Positions 10,786 to 23,837 are shown, counted from the first letter of the stretch. The stretch: 64,000 bases of DNA from Eledone cirrhosa (GCA_964016885.1 OZ024747.1:36084001-36148000), one strand, 5' to 3'. Translations and numbers: made by a program. Notes: a model not told the origin generated them from the sequence alone.

Positions 10786-13700
10786 TACTCTTTTACTCTT
10801 TTACCTGCTCCATCCATCCGACATAGGCCATGCTGGGGCACCGCCCTTCTTGCTACACATTTCATCTCCAGCCTGTATTGGTTGGCCACTGGTGCAAGAG
10901 GGAGTTCGTTTCTGCTGCCCATAGGTTTCTCTCGTGTCTTGCTGTAGGCTCATTCAGGATCCTGAATAGCAAGGTGTCGTGATATTTCTTGAAAACATCC
11001 ACCTCCACACCGTGCAGATCTCTCAGATACCTCGGCAGTTTGTTGAAAAGTTGAGGGCCTTTGAACCGCAGGCTATTGCAATATCTGCTCCTTATTCTAA
11101 ATGTGGAAAACGGGACATTTGGCACTACACATTGTCGTCCTGTTCGGGGGTTGGTCCATCTCCCAATGGCAAAGTTTGGTGCTATTTCATCCAGGATTTT
11201 CCATATGTATGTCACTGTGTGTCTCTGCCGTCTTCATTCCAAGGAGTAGAGGTTCATTTTTTTTAGCCTCTCCCAGTAGCTTATCTCCTGCATCGTCACA
11301 ATCCTCTTGATGTAGCTTCGCTGGATGGCCTGTGGTTATTTTGACACTTTGGGGTGGCCACAATTGGGAGAAATAGTCCAGGCGGCTTAGGACAAATGTC
11401 CTCCATAGTGTCAACATGGTGTCTCGGTCTCTTGTCCGGAAAGTCCTCAAGATCCAGCAGCTAGTCGTCTTCACATTGTCGCCATTTTCATGATGCGTGA
11501 GGAAAAAGATGCATCGTCGCTCATGTTTATACCCAGGTCACATATCGATTTTGACACGGGGATATCGGTCCTCCCTGGTCCGGCGTAACTGTGTTGTACT
11601 GTATTTGTGTTTGCGGGTTTGTGTTGTAGGGCTTGAAATTTGCCAGAATTAAACTGCATGTTGTTGTCTTCCGCCTATTTGTATATGGGTTTTTCATTGC
11701 CTATGCTACCTTAGTGTCATCATTATAGCTAGTGAGGGATTTTGTATGTACTACAGAGGGCATGTCTGAGAGAGCCACCAAAATCAGTATTAGTCCCAGG
11801 ACCGTGCCTTGGGGCACCCCACTTGATATTGATGTTTCCTTTGAGAGGGCCCCGTTTGCTGCGACTGTCTGGCTTCTGTCCTTTAAGAAGTCATGCAGCG
11901 ACTCACCTACGTTTCCAGTTATGCCGAGACCGTGTAGTTTGTGACATATCATTCCGTGTTCGACCTTGTTAAAGGCCTTCGCAAAGTCAAGATATATCAC
12001 GTCCACATGTGCGCTGTCTAGCAGTTGTTTCAGTACCCAGTCGTAGTGATGTAGCAGCTGTGTAAGGCAGCTTCTTCCTGGGCGAAAGCCATGCTGCGTG
12101 CTAGTCAGGCGGTTATTTTCTTCGAGGAAAGTGATCAGTTTCTTTCTGATGATTCGCTCCATGACCTTACTGATGTGTGACGTGAAGGAGACTGGCCTAT
12201 AGTTTTTGGCCTCCACTCTGCTACCTCCTTTGTGGATAGGGCATATTGTGCCTTCTTTCAGATCCCTATCCAAGGGGCTTCTGAAGTGCGTCATCAGTGG
12301 AGTTGCTAAGGCCCGCATACATGTTTTTAAGAGGACTGCTGGGAATCCATCAGGTCCAGCAGCTGAGTCTGTTCTAATTTCATCTATGGCGTATACCACA
12401 TCCTCCTCCGTTATGTCTATGTGGTTGATGGTTGCCTTGCCTTTCTTCATGGAGTGCAGTGGAATCAAAGAACTCCTCTGGCTTTGTTACTTGCATGTGC
12501 CTCAGTGGACATGTGAACACACTTTTGAACTATTCGTTCAGTATTTCACTTATCTCTTGGGGATTCTCGGTTAATGAACCGACTGTATGGAAGAGTGGCC
12601 CAATCTTGCAGTGTACCGAGGTAGTTTCTTTTGCAAATTTAAAGAAGGCCTTAGGGTTTGTTTTAATATTTTCTATGGTCCTGCTTTCTTTCTTTGCCCT
12701 CTCATTTACATGGGAAAGTTTGAGTGCAATATCGATGTCAAGTAGTGCACGTTTCAAATAGGATTCCTTCTTGTTTTTGTTTTCTTGTTGTGCATTCAAC
12801 CGGTTTGGGAGCTTGGTTCTTCATCTCATAAGGATTTTCCTATCTCTGGGAATAAGATTATTGTGTCTGTTGGCCTTTTTCTCCGGGACAAACTTTTGGC
12901 ATATTATGTGTATCGTTGTCATGAAGTGTTGAAATTGCGTGTTGGTGTCTTGTGTGGCGGTGCTTTTCCAGTTAGCCTTGTAGAAGTTAAGGCTGGATAA
13001 GGTCCCGGTGCTTCTTGATGGTTGTGTCTCTGTTGATTCTCTCGGACCACATATCATTAGTTCTACTAATTTATGATCCGAGAAAGTTGTTGGTGTCATT
13101 TTTATATTGTGGATGAGCACTTCGTTGTTTGTAATACAGAGTTCTAGGAAATTCTCGTCTCTTGTTGGGAGGAGTACTGCTTGTTCCATGAACAGCCCGT
13201 GTGTGAGGGCCAGCAGGGAATCCGTCTGTCTCTTTTCTATTGATGTCATTCTAGGTAGGAGGTGGCCTCAGGCATTTTAATCTTTAGCAGGTTGAAGTCT
13301 CCCAGCAGTAGAATGTTGAGACCCTGGTCCAGTTTGTCAAGGACCTCTTCTATCCTACTGAGGCTATCCTCAAATTTACCCTCATGACTGGGGGCATCGT
13401 GCGGCCGATATGTGACATATATTACTGTATTTAGTTGCTTCATAGGAACTATCAGTGTGTCACAGACTGGAATGAGTTTGAATGTGTCAACAGTACAATT
13501 GGTGTGACATCTTCACGTATATACCGAGCAGCCCCACCATGAGTTCTCTCCTTCCTGGCCGAACGAAATACAGTATATTTTGATATATGTATTCCCGCAT
13601 CTGCTATACTGCTTGTCAGGTGTGTTTCGGTTAGTGCCATGCATAATGCTTGATTGCTTATAGCTAAGTCTCCCAGGTAGGAAATTTTAGTAATGTTAGT

Positions 13701-13960
13701 GAGTTTCACCAGGCATCTGACATTCAGTAGCAGCACTGGTATGACGTCTGGGGTGCCAGCAATGGCTGTCGGTATGACACCTGGCCTGGAGTCAGCGGCG
13801 GACACTCTGGGTCCCTTAATTTTGTTGGTGTGAGTGACCCGGACAGGTCTGCTGTCCCACAATCTTCTGTGCCATCACTAAATTTTTTTTTTTGCTCCGC
13901 TGCTGCCATCTGTATCTCGTCTGGATATGCCTGCCTTCTCCTTGTTGGAGGGGCACGCGC
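10786..13960 (-). mobile_element. Decayed CR1/Jockey-group LINE (APE + RT)
   Basis: APE: LLLNVRCL..TETHL..THGGAARY, LLGDFN, FSDH. RT 11701-12468: AAGPDG..NYRPVS..QHGFRPGRSCLTQLL..YLDFAKAF..SGVPQG..YNDDTK. MQFN.GKFQ follows. Short tandem (aaagagta) 3' tail. Confidence 0.9.
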
Positions 13961-14095
13961 GACATATCGTTATAATTTTGCCAGAAATATTACCAGAACA
14001 CACTGTTTGGTTTGGGTTGGTTTTCGCTTCTGTATCTTTTATATCTTCATAGTTAATTTATCTGGCAATCAATGTTTATGAATGTTTATATAGTC

Positions 14096-14139
14096 AACCA
14101 AAGTTCTTTCGTCACACATCTGCTTCATTATCAGTGCTA
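14096..14139 (-). ncRNA. Minimal hammerhead motif, family C (degenerate)
   Basis: Minus strand: tagca-CTGATAA-tgaagcagatgtgtgac-GAAA-gaac-TT-tggtt. Confidence 0.5.
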
Positions 14140-15284
14140 CTCTTATGTTTCCTCCCATTGTATTGTAATGTCTACGCCATTGTTTTCTTCTTGTTTCTGT
14201 CTCTGCGCATGCGTTTGCATGACATGGTAAGAGTAATGAAGAATGTATCCCGCATGTGCGAACCAACTGACTTGGAAACACACATCCAACACTTCATCAA
14301 TCGCATGCAGTACTCTGGCTACAACCAAAGAGACAGAATCAGAGTATACAAAGAATACACACAGAAATATAAGACCCTCAAAGAACTGGACATGAAAGGA
14401 AGTTGCCAATTATACAGGTGCAACTAATGGAATAGCTTAGATAGGACTAAACATAAAACAGGGAAAGCCACTTCATTGTACGACAACCAGAGATACCAGT
14501 GTGTCATGTTCGTAGATGTTACCCCTGGAGGTAAATTAGCTAAACAATGTAGAAAGGCCCTGAGAAAGATCCATCTGAATATTAAAGTGGGAGAAAATCC
14601 AGAAAATACCATAAAATCCCTAATCAGCAAGACATACCTCTTTCAGAAAACCCACTTTACAAATAAGAAATGTGTGGAGAATGAACTCCCAGATAAATTG
14701 AAAAACTAGAAATGTAGTCTATAGCATAACATGTACAGAGGGTACTTGCAGAAACAAAAATGACAACGTCATACATAGGTGAGACAGCTCGAAGCATAGG
14801 AGAAAGATTAGACCAACACTGGGGGGAACTAAGAGGACGAAAAAACGGTTCAATACTATATGAACACGCCAGACAAAGACATCTTGATAATATAGACAAC
14901 ATAGAAAGTAAAATAATATATAAACATTGAAATAACTCAACAGGTAGGCAAATCAGAGAAGCTACTGAGATAGAGCTAAGACCGAAGTTGAACAGAAATA
15001 AAGAACAACAACCGTACCCAAACAAACAATACTGACTTAAGGAAAATATAAATAAATAAATAAATATATATATACACAAGTACAATAACAACAAACACAT
15101 ATAAACACACACTAGTGAACAAAGATAGAATACAAAAACGAAAACACACACTCAAACGCGAACACGCACACCAAACATTATACACACACGCAACCGCATG
15201 CGCAGAGGCAGAGAGAAAAAAAGAATAAATAAATAAAATAAAAATGGCGTAGACATTACAATATAATGGGAGGAAACATAAAAG

Positions 15285-15328
15285 TACCACTGATGATGTC
15301 GCAGATGTGCGACGAATGAACTTTGATA
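15285..15328 (+). ncRNA. Minimal hammerhead motif, family C, in PLE 3' pLTR
   Basis: tacca-CTGATGA-t-gtcgc-agatgt-gcgac-GAAT-gaac-TT-tgata; other copies give GAAA and tggta. Confidence 0.6.
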
Positions 15329-15435
15329 GACTATATATATATATGTGTGTGTGTGTGCGTGCGTGTGTGTGTATACATATTTATATATATTATATACATA
15401 CATATATATCTACATACACACACATACACACACAA

Positions 15436-15493
<58 letters not shown>

Positions 15494-15526
15494 AGATCAA
15501 AAGATGGTTAAAGGAGTTCCATGTAT

Positions 15527-15591
15527 TTTATTATGCGCATTTCAAAAACAAACATCATCATGCAATAATATTTGTGTGTTCATCAGATAAA
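15527..15591 (-). ncRNA. Type I hammerhead, family D (antisense arm)
   Basis: Reverse complement of 15716-15780. Confidence 0.72.
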
Positions 15592-15715
15592 ACAGGAGAA
15601 CATGATATGAAGGCTAAAAAACACTTGTGGATAGTGCAGTTTTAAATCTACATATGTAGATTTAAAACTGCACTATCCACAAGTGTTTTTTAGCCTTCAT
15701 ATCATGTTCTCCTGT

Positions 15716-15780
15716 TTTATCTGATGAACACACAAATATTATTGCATGATGATGTTTGTTTTTGAAATGCGCATAATAAA
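15716..15780 (+). ncRNA. Type I hammerhead, family D
   Basis: tttat-CTGATGA-acacacaaatatta..tgatgtttgttttt-GAAA-tgcgca-TA-ataaa; palindromic stem III atgcgcat. Confidence 0.75.
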
Positions 15781-15924
15781 ATACATGGAACTCCTTTAAC
15801 CATCTTTTGATCTTATATTATGCATACTCCAGTCCTACAAACTGTAGAGTGCTTCTTATCCGATATCTGCATTGCTTTATTGTACTACAATAAAACTCAC
15901 CTCCTACATATATATATATATATA

Positions 15925-16190
15925 TATATAAAACTGTGTGTGTCCTCATTTTTGCAAAGTCTATAGAAATCCACATTTCTACTGCATTGACTTCAAACTT
16001 GCATTTATATATTACTTGCGGTCTAACGATATTAACTTCAGTTTTTAATTTTCAATTTTCTGTTGTTAAAAGGGTGTTAGGCTCCGGTTATCCATCTCCA
16101 TAGCGTTCTTATAATATCTGCCTGTATGCCTGGCTGTCTGCATTACGATATTCTGACGAATATTGATGACGTAAAATGTTATATGTGATT
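15925..16190 (+). mobile_element. 5' portion of Helitron-like non-autonomous repeat
   Basis: Homologous to 21545-21790 (tataaaactgt..gtgtgtcct..aaatccacatttctact..attgacttcaaacttgcatttata). Confidence 0.55.
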
Positions 16191-16548
16191 AGTTCAAGGA
16201 TACTATGCGGCTATAACATTTATGCATATTGTACATGCACTTTCGGGCTTATATCGCCACATGGTCGGGCTGGGTCCAAGCCTCTAGAACGTTGTCACAT
16301 ATAATAATATGTGCGCAATGTTCATAGCTGCACGTGTGTGTACGGATGGGAGGGTATTCATCAAGTATGCGCCCTCGATATGAGCGTGCGCGGGTACATG
16401 TATGTATGTGCGTCCACGCAGATATGCATGCGTACGTGTATGCACATGTCTGGGTGGGTATAATTGTATGAAGATGTCTCTGTGAGGGTATGAATGCCTA
16501 AGCGTAGATCTTCCTTTTTTTTATCTGTGTATATATGTGCAGCGTCTC

Positions 16549-16805
16549 AACTGTACACACTTCCTGAGTACAGTGTGTGACTGTAGATATGTGTATATCA
16601 AATGTACACACTTCCCTGAATACAGTGTGTGAGTGTAGATATGTGTATATCAACTGTACACACTTCCTGAGTACACTGTGTGCGTGTAGATATGTATATA
16701 TCAACTGTACACACTTCCCTGAGCACAGTGTGTGAGTGTAGATATGTGTATATCAAATGTATACACTTCCCTGAGCACAGTGTGTGAGTGTAGATATGTG
16801 TATAT
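16549..16805. repeat. Minisatellite, ~51-52 bp x ~5
   Basis: Unit aactgtacacacttcc(c)tgagtacagtgtgtgagtgtagatatgtgtatatc. Confidence 0.9.
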
Positions 16806-17500
16806 TTATCAAAAATGCCTTCGAAATAACTTTTTTTGAAAGGGTGTTCCAAACATTCATTTAAAAACGTTCTTTGTACAGAGTTCTTTTCTTTTCATTT
16901 TGAAATATGCAGGTTTTAAGGTATTCTGAGGCTGTGTTCTTGAAACGTTATGCTAAATATTTTTCAAATATTTTTCTAATTAAATTTAAAAATTCCCTCC
17001 AATCAATATTTACGGTGATCGTCGAATACAATACAGCTGCGGGTGTGTACGTGATCGGTGTAGAGGAGGGCGCCTAAAGACAGTGAAGACGTCGAATTGC
17101 TGCCAGCAGTTCAAGCATACAACCCCTTACCTACTACAGTAGTAATTCTGACCTACGAAACAAATTTGATTGACAGGTGGAGAATGAAAAGAACCAAATA
17201 GTGGACAACCATGAGTGGTTAGAAATACCGATGACAGGTGAACATCTTTACCACTCATAGAATGACACAACAGGACCTAAGCCGACAAGCGAATTATATC
17301 GATGTAAATGGACATACGAAAATCTGCTTCGTAGAATCAAAAATTATCTGAGGACCTTGCGATTTTCAGACTCAGGTTCGATCATCACATCGATCGTGCC
17401 TCGAGCTGGTCGCCAGAGAAACGATTGTAATATGTCCAATAAATTCCATTTATTGCCAAACTGATTCTCTTTTTTTCTGTGATATATATATATATATATA

Positions 17501-19785
17501 GGGCGTGTAACTTGGAGTTATGCAGGTTCACCCGGGTGAGCACTCGATGTATAGGTTCACTTCTGTATTCAGGTGTAAAGCTATACAGAGTGTAATATAT
17601 TGAAAGGATAATAAGGACGATTGGTTACTCCTTCATTACATTTATTGGTAGGTGACGCGCGTTTCGCTACTGATCAGCTGAAGGTTCGGAATGTATCGAT
17701 CTTACCCGACTCTATAATTGGCAGCTCGACGGACCCTTTAAAATGCTAGTAGAAAATGAATACATGCTATATGATAAAGTCAGAACTTCATATGTTGGTC
17801 AATATAAATTGTTTTGATTGGTGGGACAGATCTTAGGGATGTTTTCGCCTGTAGTGTATGTGGGGGTGAAGGTGATGATAAGATGTTGGTGACGGTCGCT
17901 GGCGAGGATGGGCAGGGATGTTGGGGTGGGGGATTGCCTTTCGCCTGTAGTGTATGTTGGGGTGGATGTGGTGATAAGATGGTGGTGACTGTCGCTGGCT
18001 GGGTGGGCTGTGGTATGGGGCCAGTGGATTGTCTGCAGTCAGATTGGCGTATATTTGTGGCTGATTATTGTGTGTGTGTGTGTGTGTGTGGGGGGTTATG
18101 GTAGTGGTATTTATGTTGGTGTGGTTGATGTGTTGGTGGTGTCAAATCAATGGCCAGATACATACCTAGACACTCTTAGTCTGAAAAAACGTTGTATACA
18201 TACACATACGTTATATACTGACATATATACACATACACATATGTGTATACACACACACGTACACAGATACACATACACCCACATATACATATATGTATAT
18301 ACATATATACACATATATGCATGCGCGCGTGTATATATAGAGAGAGGGGTGTGGGGAGTCAGTGGGGGTGGTGTGGTACATAGATAGAGAGAGGGGTGAC
18401 CCAATGGAGTTGACGTTGGACATATAAATATACTTACACACAGACACACACACTTGCGATTGTTCGGGAGGGAAGGTATGTGTTGTCGATGTTAATGATG
18501 TTAATGATTGTTGACGTATGGAGTTGTGCCTTGTGGTGGCGGTGGTGGAGTTGTGAGCGTCAAAAAATATACAGGATCGAATAATACGATGGGTTACAGG
18601 TTAAAGAGTGACATAGGGAAGACGTGGAAAAAAGTGTGTGGACGTATTGCGATGTGTGTGGTCATGGTGGTGGTGGTGGTGATGGGGTGATATGTTCAAC
18701 AATATATTTACATGATCAGATGTTACGGTGGGTTACAGGGTAAAGCTGACAGAGAGGGCAGATATAACACAGTCGATTTGGGAGTGAGCGATGATATGTG
18801 TTGGTGATGTTAATGATGTTAATGATTGTTGAAGTATGTGGATATATCTAGTGGTGGCGGTGGTGGTGTGTGCGTCAGTACATTTACAGGATCGAATTTT
18901 ACGAGGAGTTTTAGGTTAAGGCAGACAGAGTGAACTTGGGGGAATAAGGTTGCGGGTGTGGGGTGGTAGACATATAGCAATGTGTGCGGTGGTGCTGGTG
19001 TTGGCGATGGTGAAATATGATCGACATTATATTTATAGGATCAGATGTTACTATGGATTACAAGGTAAAACCTGACAGAGAGGACAGATAGAACACAATG
19101 TTACAAAGATGAGGGTTGTGTGGTGATGTGACTTTTGGTGGGGGTGATGTATGCGGCATGATATATAAAATATGGGCTTACAAAGGGTTACATTCAATAA
19201 AATAAATTCACTTAGATGAGGGATGGTGAGACGGGGCAAAGGTGGTTATTATTATGTTGGGTCATGGTTAGTCTACGGCTCTCCGCCGAATGTTTGCGCA
19301 GAAAATGTGTTCAACCTGGTGTGTCTGCAATTGATAATTATGTCTGACCTATAGTTTATGGTAGATTTTAATTTAATTATTTCTGCCGCCTCGGCCAGGC
19401 ATAACCTGCAGTGGTTTCTGTCACTGGGGAGTTGCGCCACGCGTCATTTGACTGACCATGTGATCTGGAATTCGATGTTCCTGTCCTTGAGGTCCCAGAA
19501 CAAATCGGCCAGTCTAGATTGGGAACGTTTCAGCCTATGTTTAAAGGAGCTTCTATGGTTATACCAGCGCTCCTGAAACGTAGTGGAGGTCGCCCTATAT
19601 ATATAAGTACTCTTTATTGCCAGCTGGGACATCACACCGGTAAACAATGTTTTTAACGAGGTACTCCCCGTTTAGTGGGAATTCACCCCGTTTTTTGCAG
19701 TTGCAATTGGGTGTTACCGGTGGGTGGCACGTTGCCGGTTTGTGGCAAGCTGTGTGGAGCTGGTATGTGGGTTGTTGTGTAGTCT
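17501..19785 (-). mobile_element. Penelope-like element 3' part (CNC..PL.G-type zinc linker + GIY-YIG, long 3' UTR, pLTR)
   Basis: Minus strand: NCNCKKRGEFPLNGEYLVKNIVYRC..YIG/ATSTTFQERWYNHRSSF..LADLFWDLK..FQITW..CRLC. The UTR ends in an HHR motif + AATAAA + (TA)n. Confidence 0.8.
17650..17737 (-). ncRNA. Hammerhead motif, family E (core CCGUCGA, degenerate)
   Basis: Minus strand: agggt-CCGTCGA-gctgc...gtagc-GAAA-cgcgcg-TC-acct, then aataaa; palindromic stem III acgcgcgt. Confidence 0.55.
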
Positions 19786-20472
19786 ATTGTTAGCGTGTTT
19801 GGAAGGGTAGTCAATAGTTACAGTTATATTCTTGTGTATGAAGTTAGCTATCTGATGGATGCTTTATATTGTGTTATCTTCTAAATCATGTTCGTTAGTA
19901 TTCTCTTGTGGGGCTGTCCTTATTACTATATTGATCTCGTCTACGGAACGTGGGTACATGATGAGGTCTCTGGAGCACTCTTCAAGGAGATTGTTGAGTC
20001 TCCCTTCCCATCATACCATAAACAGGTTGGCAACATCACCAGCTATGAAAACGCCAATGGCTGCTCCCTCAATTTGGGTGTAGACCTTTACATTGAATTT
20101 GAATATATGGCACTTTAGGCTAGTTTTAATATTAGCCCCTACTGCATGCGCGGCCATTTCTCACCTGATCATTGTTTTTGGGTGTCCGTATGGCCTTGGT
20201 CCACATAATCCACCTTCCCATGTGAGTATTTTTTTGCCATTGAGGTTATGGTGGGGAGAGGGTCTACCTCTTATGGGTCTACTGTGGGAGAAACGGCTAA
20301 GGTCATGGCTGTCTAGGTACTCGGTGTCATATGTAAGTCTAAGTAGGAGGACCAGTTCATATGTGTCGACGTCGCAAAACTCCACCTCACTCTCACGGAT
20401 CATGTCCACACATGTTTCCACAGCAAAAACAATGTTAATGGAGGGGTACAGTGATACCGTGTCCATACTGCT

Positions 20473-20475
<3 letters not shown>
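19785..20475 (-). mobile_element. Penelope-type RT core fragment
   Basis: [10 protein letters not shown]..; HIFKFN.KVYTQIEGAAIG..AGDVANLFM..; RSVDEINIV; IANFIH..VTIDYPS. Confidence 0.75.
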
Positions 20476-20938
<463 letters not shown>

Positions 20939-21430
20939 TTTCCCCATGATTTACACCAACTGAATTACTTCGCCAAAATCTGGCGTTATTCCCCTTGTGA
21001 TTTCCAGACGTGGTTTAACTTAACACCGTGCCATTCACTTATTTGGTACAGAGCGAAATACCTGTTGATAACGTGATATTCCTTGTTCGATCGTTAAATA
21101 CAAAGCTTATATTTTTAAGCAGACTGTATTTTGATTTAGGTGTCACAGAAACTCTACATCGAATTTTAACAGCAATTCCGGGAGTCCTGATCTGGTTATC
21201 ATTTATTTTTTACCATTTATTTTGTTTTGACCTTTTTAGTTTGATTTGGTTTTTGGCTTGGGCGGTTAATGCTTTCTTGACCACCTTTTCAGTTTCGTAT
21301 GGCTTGTTAACACATTGTTTAGCTCTGGTTTTTAACTATTGAGCACTTTGCCAGTATCATTTCTGATTTTTACGTTTCGCTTCGCTTTTCCTGCCCGCCG
21401 AACATGCGATTCTCGCTGAATCTTTATTTG

Positions 21431-21517
<87 letters not shown>

Positions 21518-21544
21518 TTATATATATGTGTGCATATGTATATA

Positions 21545-22669
21545 TCTATACATATATATAAAACTGTAGTCGTCTGTGTGTGTGTCCTAATTTTTGAAAA
21601 GTCTATACAAATCCACATTTCTACTCCGATTGACTTCAAACTTGCATTTATATATCCTTGTGGTCTAAAGATATTAACTGCAATTTTTGTTAGGCGCTAG
21701 TTTTCGATCTCCGTCGCGACCTTATAATACCTATCTGTATGTCTGGCTGTCTGCATTACGACATTATGACAAACATTGATGACGTATTATGTTCGCTATT
21801 TTCCGTTCATTGCCAGGGTACGTCTTCACGAACCAAAGTATCGTCTTGCTCTTTTCCTCTGGTTGCAACGTTTATCGAAATAATTACTTCTGCCTTCACA
21901 GATTATTGCTTTTTAGTTTCAAAACATCCCGTTAAGGGTGAAAGCAGCGATTATGTGCTTAAACATTAATCTGTTATTTTAATATAAGCGAGGCAAGCCA
22001 GCCCAGTTGCCACTTCTTGCCAATAAACATTAACCATTCCTCTAACTGTAGACCAACAAACACCAACTAAACGAAGCGTTGACAAGTACGATGGCGAATG
22101 ACTCTTTGAGGTAAGCAGTTTCCTGTCGAGGCGTTACTTCACGCGGGTTTCTTTGCTACACCTTTTCGTAATAATACCGAACAACGTACTGCTGGTCACT
22201 CATCCCTCCAAAAGCCGTACAAATCGGACATGTGCATCGTGCAGATGGATCGGGTGCAAATCTACACCAGGTCTACGCGAGAAATTCGCAAAGGACTGCA
22301 CCGAGAGGGATAGCGGAAAAGAGTAACTTTGTGGAAAGAGTGCGAATGAACTTTTGGGGTAAGTAGCCTACGCCTTACTGCTATTGTACTGGAACCTTGT
22401 GCCAACTTACCCTGTGACTTTCTCTTTCACATTTACTCCAATAGGCCAAAACAGAGGAGTATGACTAGAAGGGGCTCAACAATATTTCTATGAACAATGC
22501 GCGTAGACAGCTAAACTGTACTTTCAACTTCTTAATTTTCTCCAAATAAAACAAGTTTCCTTTCGGTATATTTCGTGAGTTTTTAAGAGGCACTCACAAA
22601 TAAACGTTTCTCATCGGAGGTGCTATTACCAATATTCTAACCCGTGCAACGCCGGGATACACTGCTAGT
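21545..22669 (+). mobile_element. Helitron-like non-autonomous element
   Basis: 5' TCTATACATATATATAAAA followed by (gtct/gt) repeats; 3' hairpin cccgtgcaacgccggg then ~10 nt and CTAG|T (typical Helitron 3' end). Confidence 0.6.
21898..21974 (+). ncRNA. Degenerate family F hammerhead inside the Helitron-like element
   Basis: acagatt..agttt-CAAAACA-tcccgttaagggt-GAAA-gcagcgattatgtgc-TT-aaaca..aatctgt. Confidence 0.4.
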
Positions 22670-22714
22670 ATTATATATATATACATGTATGTGTGTGTAT
22701 GTATGTGTGTGTAG

Positions 22715-22794
<80 letters not shown>

Positions 22795-22910
22795 GTATAT
22801 ATATATATAGTAATAATAATAAATGTGAAGACTAAAATCCAAAGAGGGATCGATAAGGATAAATATATATCAAATATATAAGAACCCTAGAGCAAATATT
22901 TATTAAAATA

Positions 22911-22986
22911 ACACATTAAAATTTAAGCAAAGAATCGCTGATTTCACCCTTAATGGATCTTCTGAGCATAAATAAAATCAATATGT
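22911..22986 (-). ncRNA. Degenerate family F hammerhead
   Basis: Minus strand: CAGAAGA-tccattaagggt-GAAA-tcagcgattctttgc-TT-aaatt. Confidence 0.45.
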
Positions 22987-23134
22987 GAACGCAGAAGTAA
23001 ATAGATAATACGTCGTTATGTGGAGTGATGAGGATAAATACACGCAAAGTCAAAACCATATTAATGATATAAATGGAGTCGTAGACTGATATTCTATGTA
23101 GGAAACCGTATGATTCTCGACTTCGGAGTTAAGA

Positions 23135-23425
23135 ATAATTGTTTCTACTTTTGGCACAAGGCCAGCAATAACCCAGTACATTACTGGTACTTTATTTTAT
23201 CGACCCCGTAAGGATGAAAGCCAAAGTTAACCTAAAGTAATAATAATTGTTTCTACATTTGGCACAAAGCGAATAATCACCCAGTACATTACTAGTACTT
23301 TATTTTATCGACCCCGTAAGGATGAAAGGCAAAGTTGACCTCGGGGGATTTGAACTCAGAATGTAAAGGGCCGTAACGCTATGCGTCAAAGCATTACGTC
23401 CGACCCTCTACCGATACTGCCAATA
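23135..23425 (-). mobile_element. SINE, 3' fragment plus full copy
   Basis: Reverse complement of the SINE consensus. Confidence 0.85.
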
Positions 23426-23559
23426 CAACATATACACATCCATATACGTACATACACGTGCATACGCATAAACACACGCCTCTGTCATTTTCGGTCTACT
23501 AATTTATTAACATTATTATATATATATATTTCTGGCCTTGTGCCTAAAGTAGTAACAAT

Positions 23560-23619
<60 letters not shown>

Positions 23620-23837
23620 ATGTATACGTACATACATATATGAGTAGAGACAGACAGTAGTATGTATATATATATATATATATATACATACATGCACACA
23701 TATATATATATATATGTACGTATGGGTTTACCGAACACTTATTATAATGTTCGGTTTCTTTGTAAACAAACAGCCCGAATTACGCCGTACAGTGCTTGGC
23801 AACCATCGTCGCCCTTTTTTCTACACTGACACAGGAA

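Larger units (their letters stand above)
13965..15330 (+). mobile_element. 5'-truncated Penelope-like element with inverted 5' pLTR
   Basis: RT C-terminal pieces (MQYSGY..LYR; FVDVTPGGKLA) and GIY-YIG at ~14711-14822 (NVVYSITC..YIGETARSIGERLDQH). ~14095-14215 is the reverse complement of ~15195-15330. Confidence 0.85.
15487..15907. mobile_element. Near-perfect ~335-bp palindrome plus tail (family D), between (TA)n tracts
   Basis: 15487-15821 is self-complementary about ctacat|atgtag (centre 15653/15654) with no spacer. Confidence 0.9.

Noticed and set aside
16549-16805. CRISPR-like array
   Set aside because: Units are contiguous with no unique spacers, and the context is eukaryotic.
21062-21172. 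TTGATAA-cgtgatat..gtgtcaca-GAAA as a U3-A8 hammerhead
   Set aside because: Stem II is plausible but stems I and III cannot be paired in register. Left uncounted, although its tail resembles 44410-44580.
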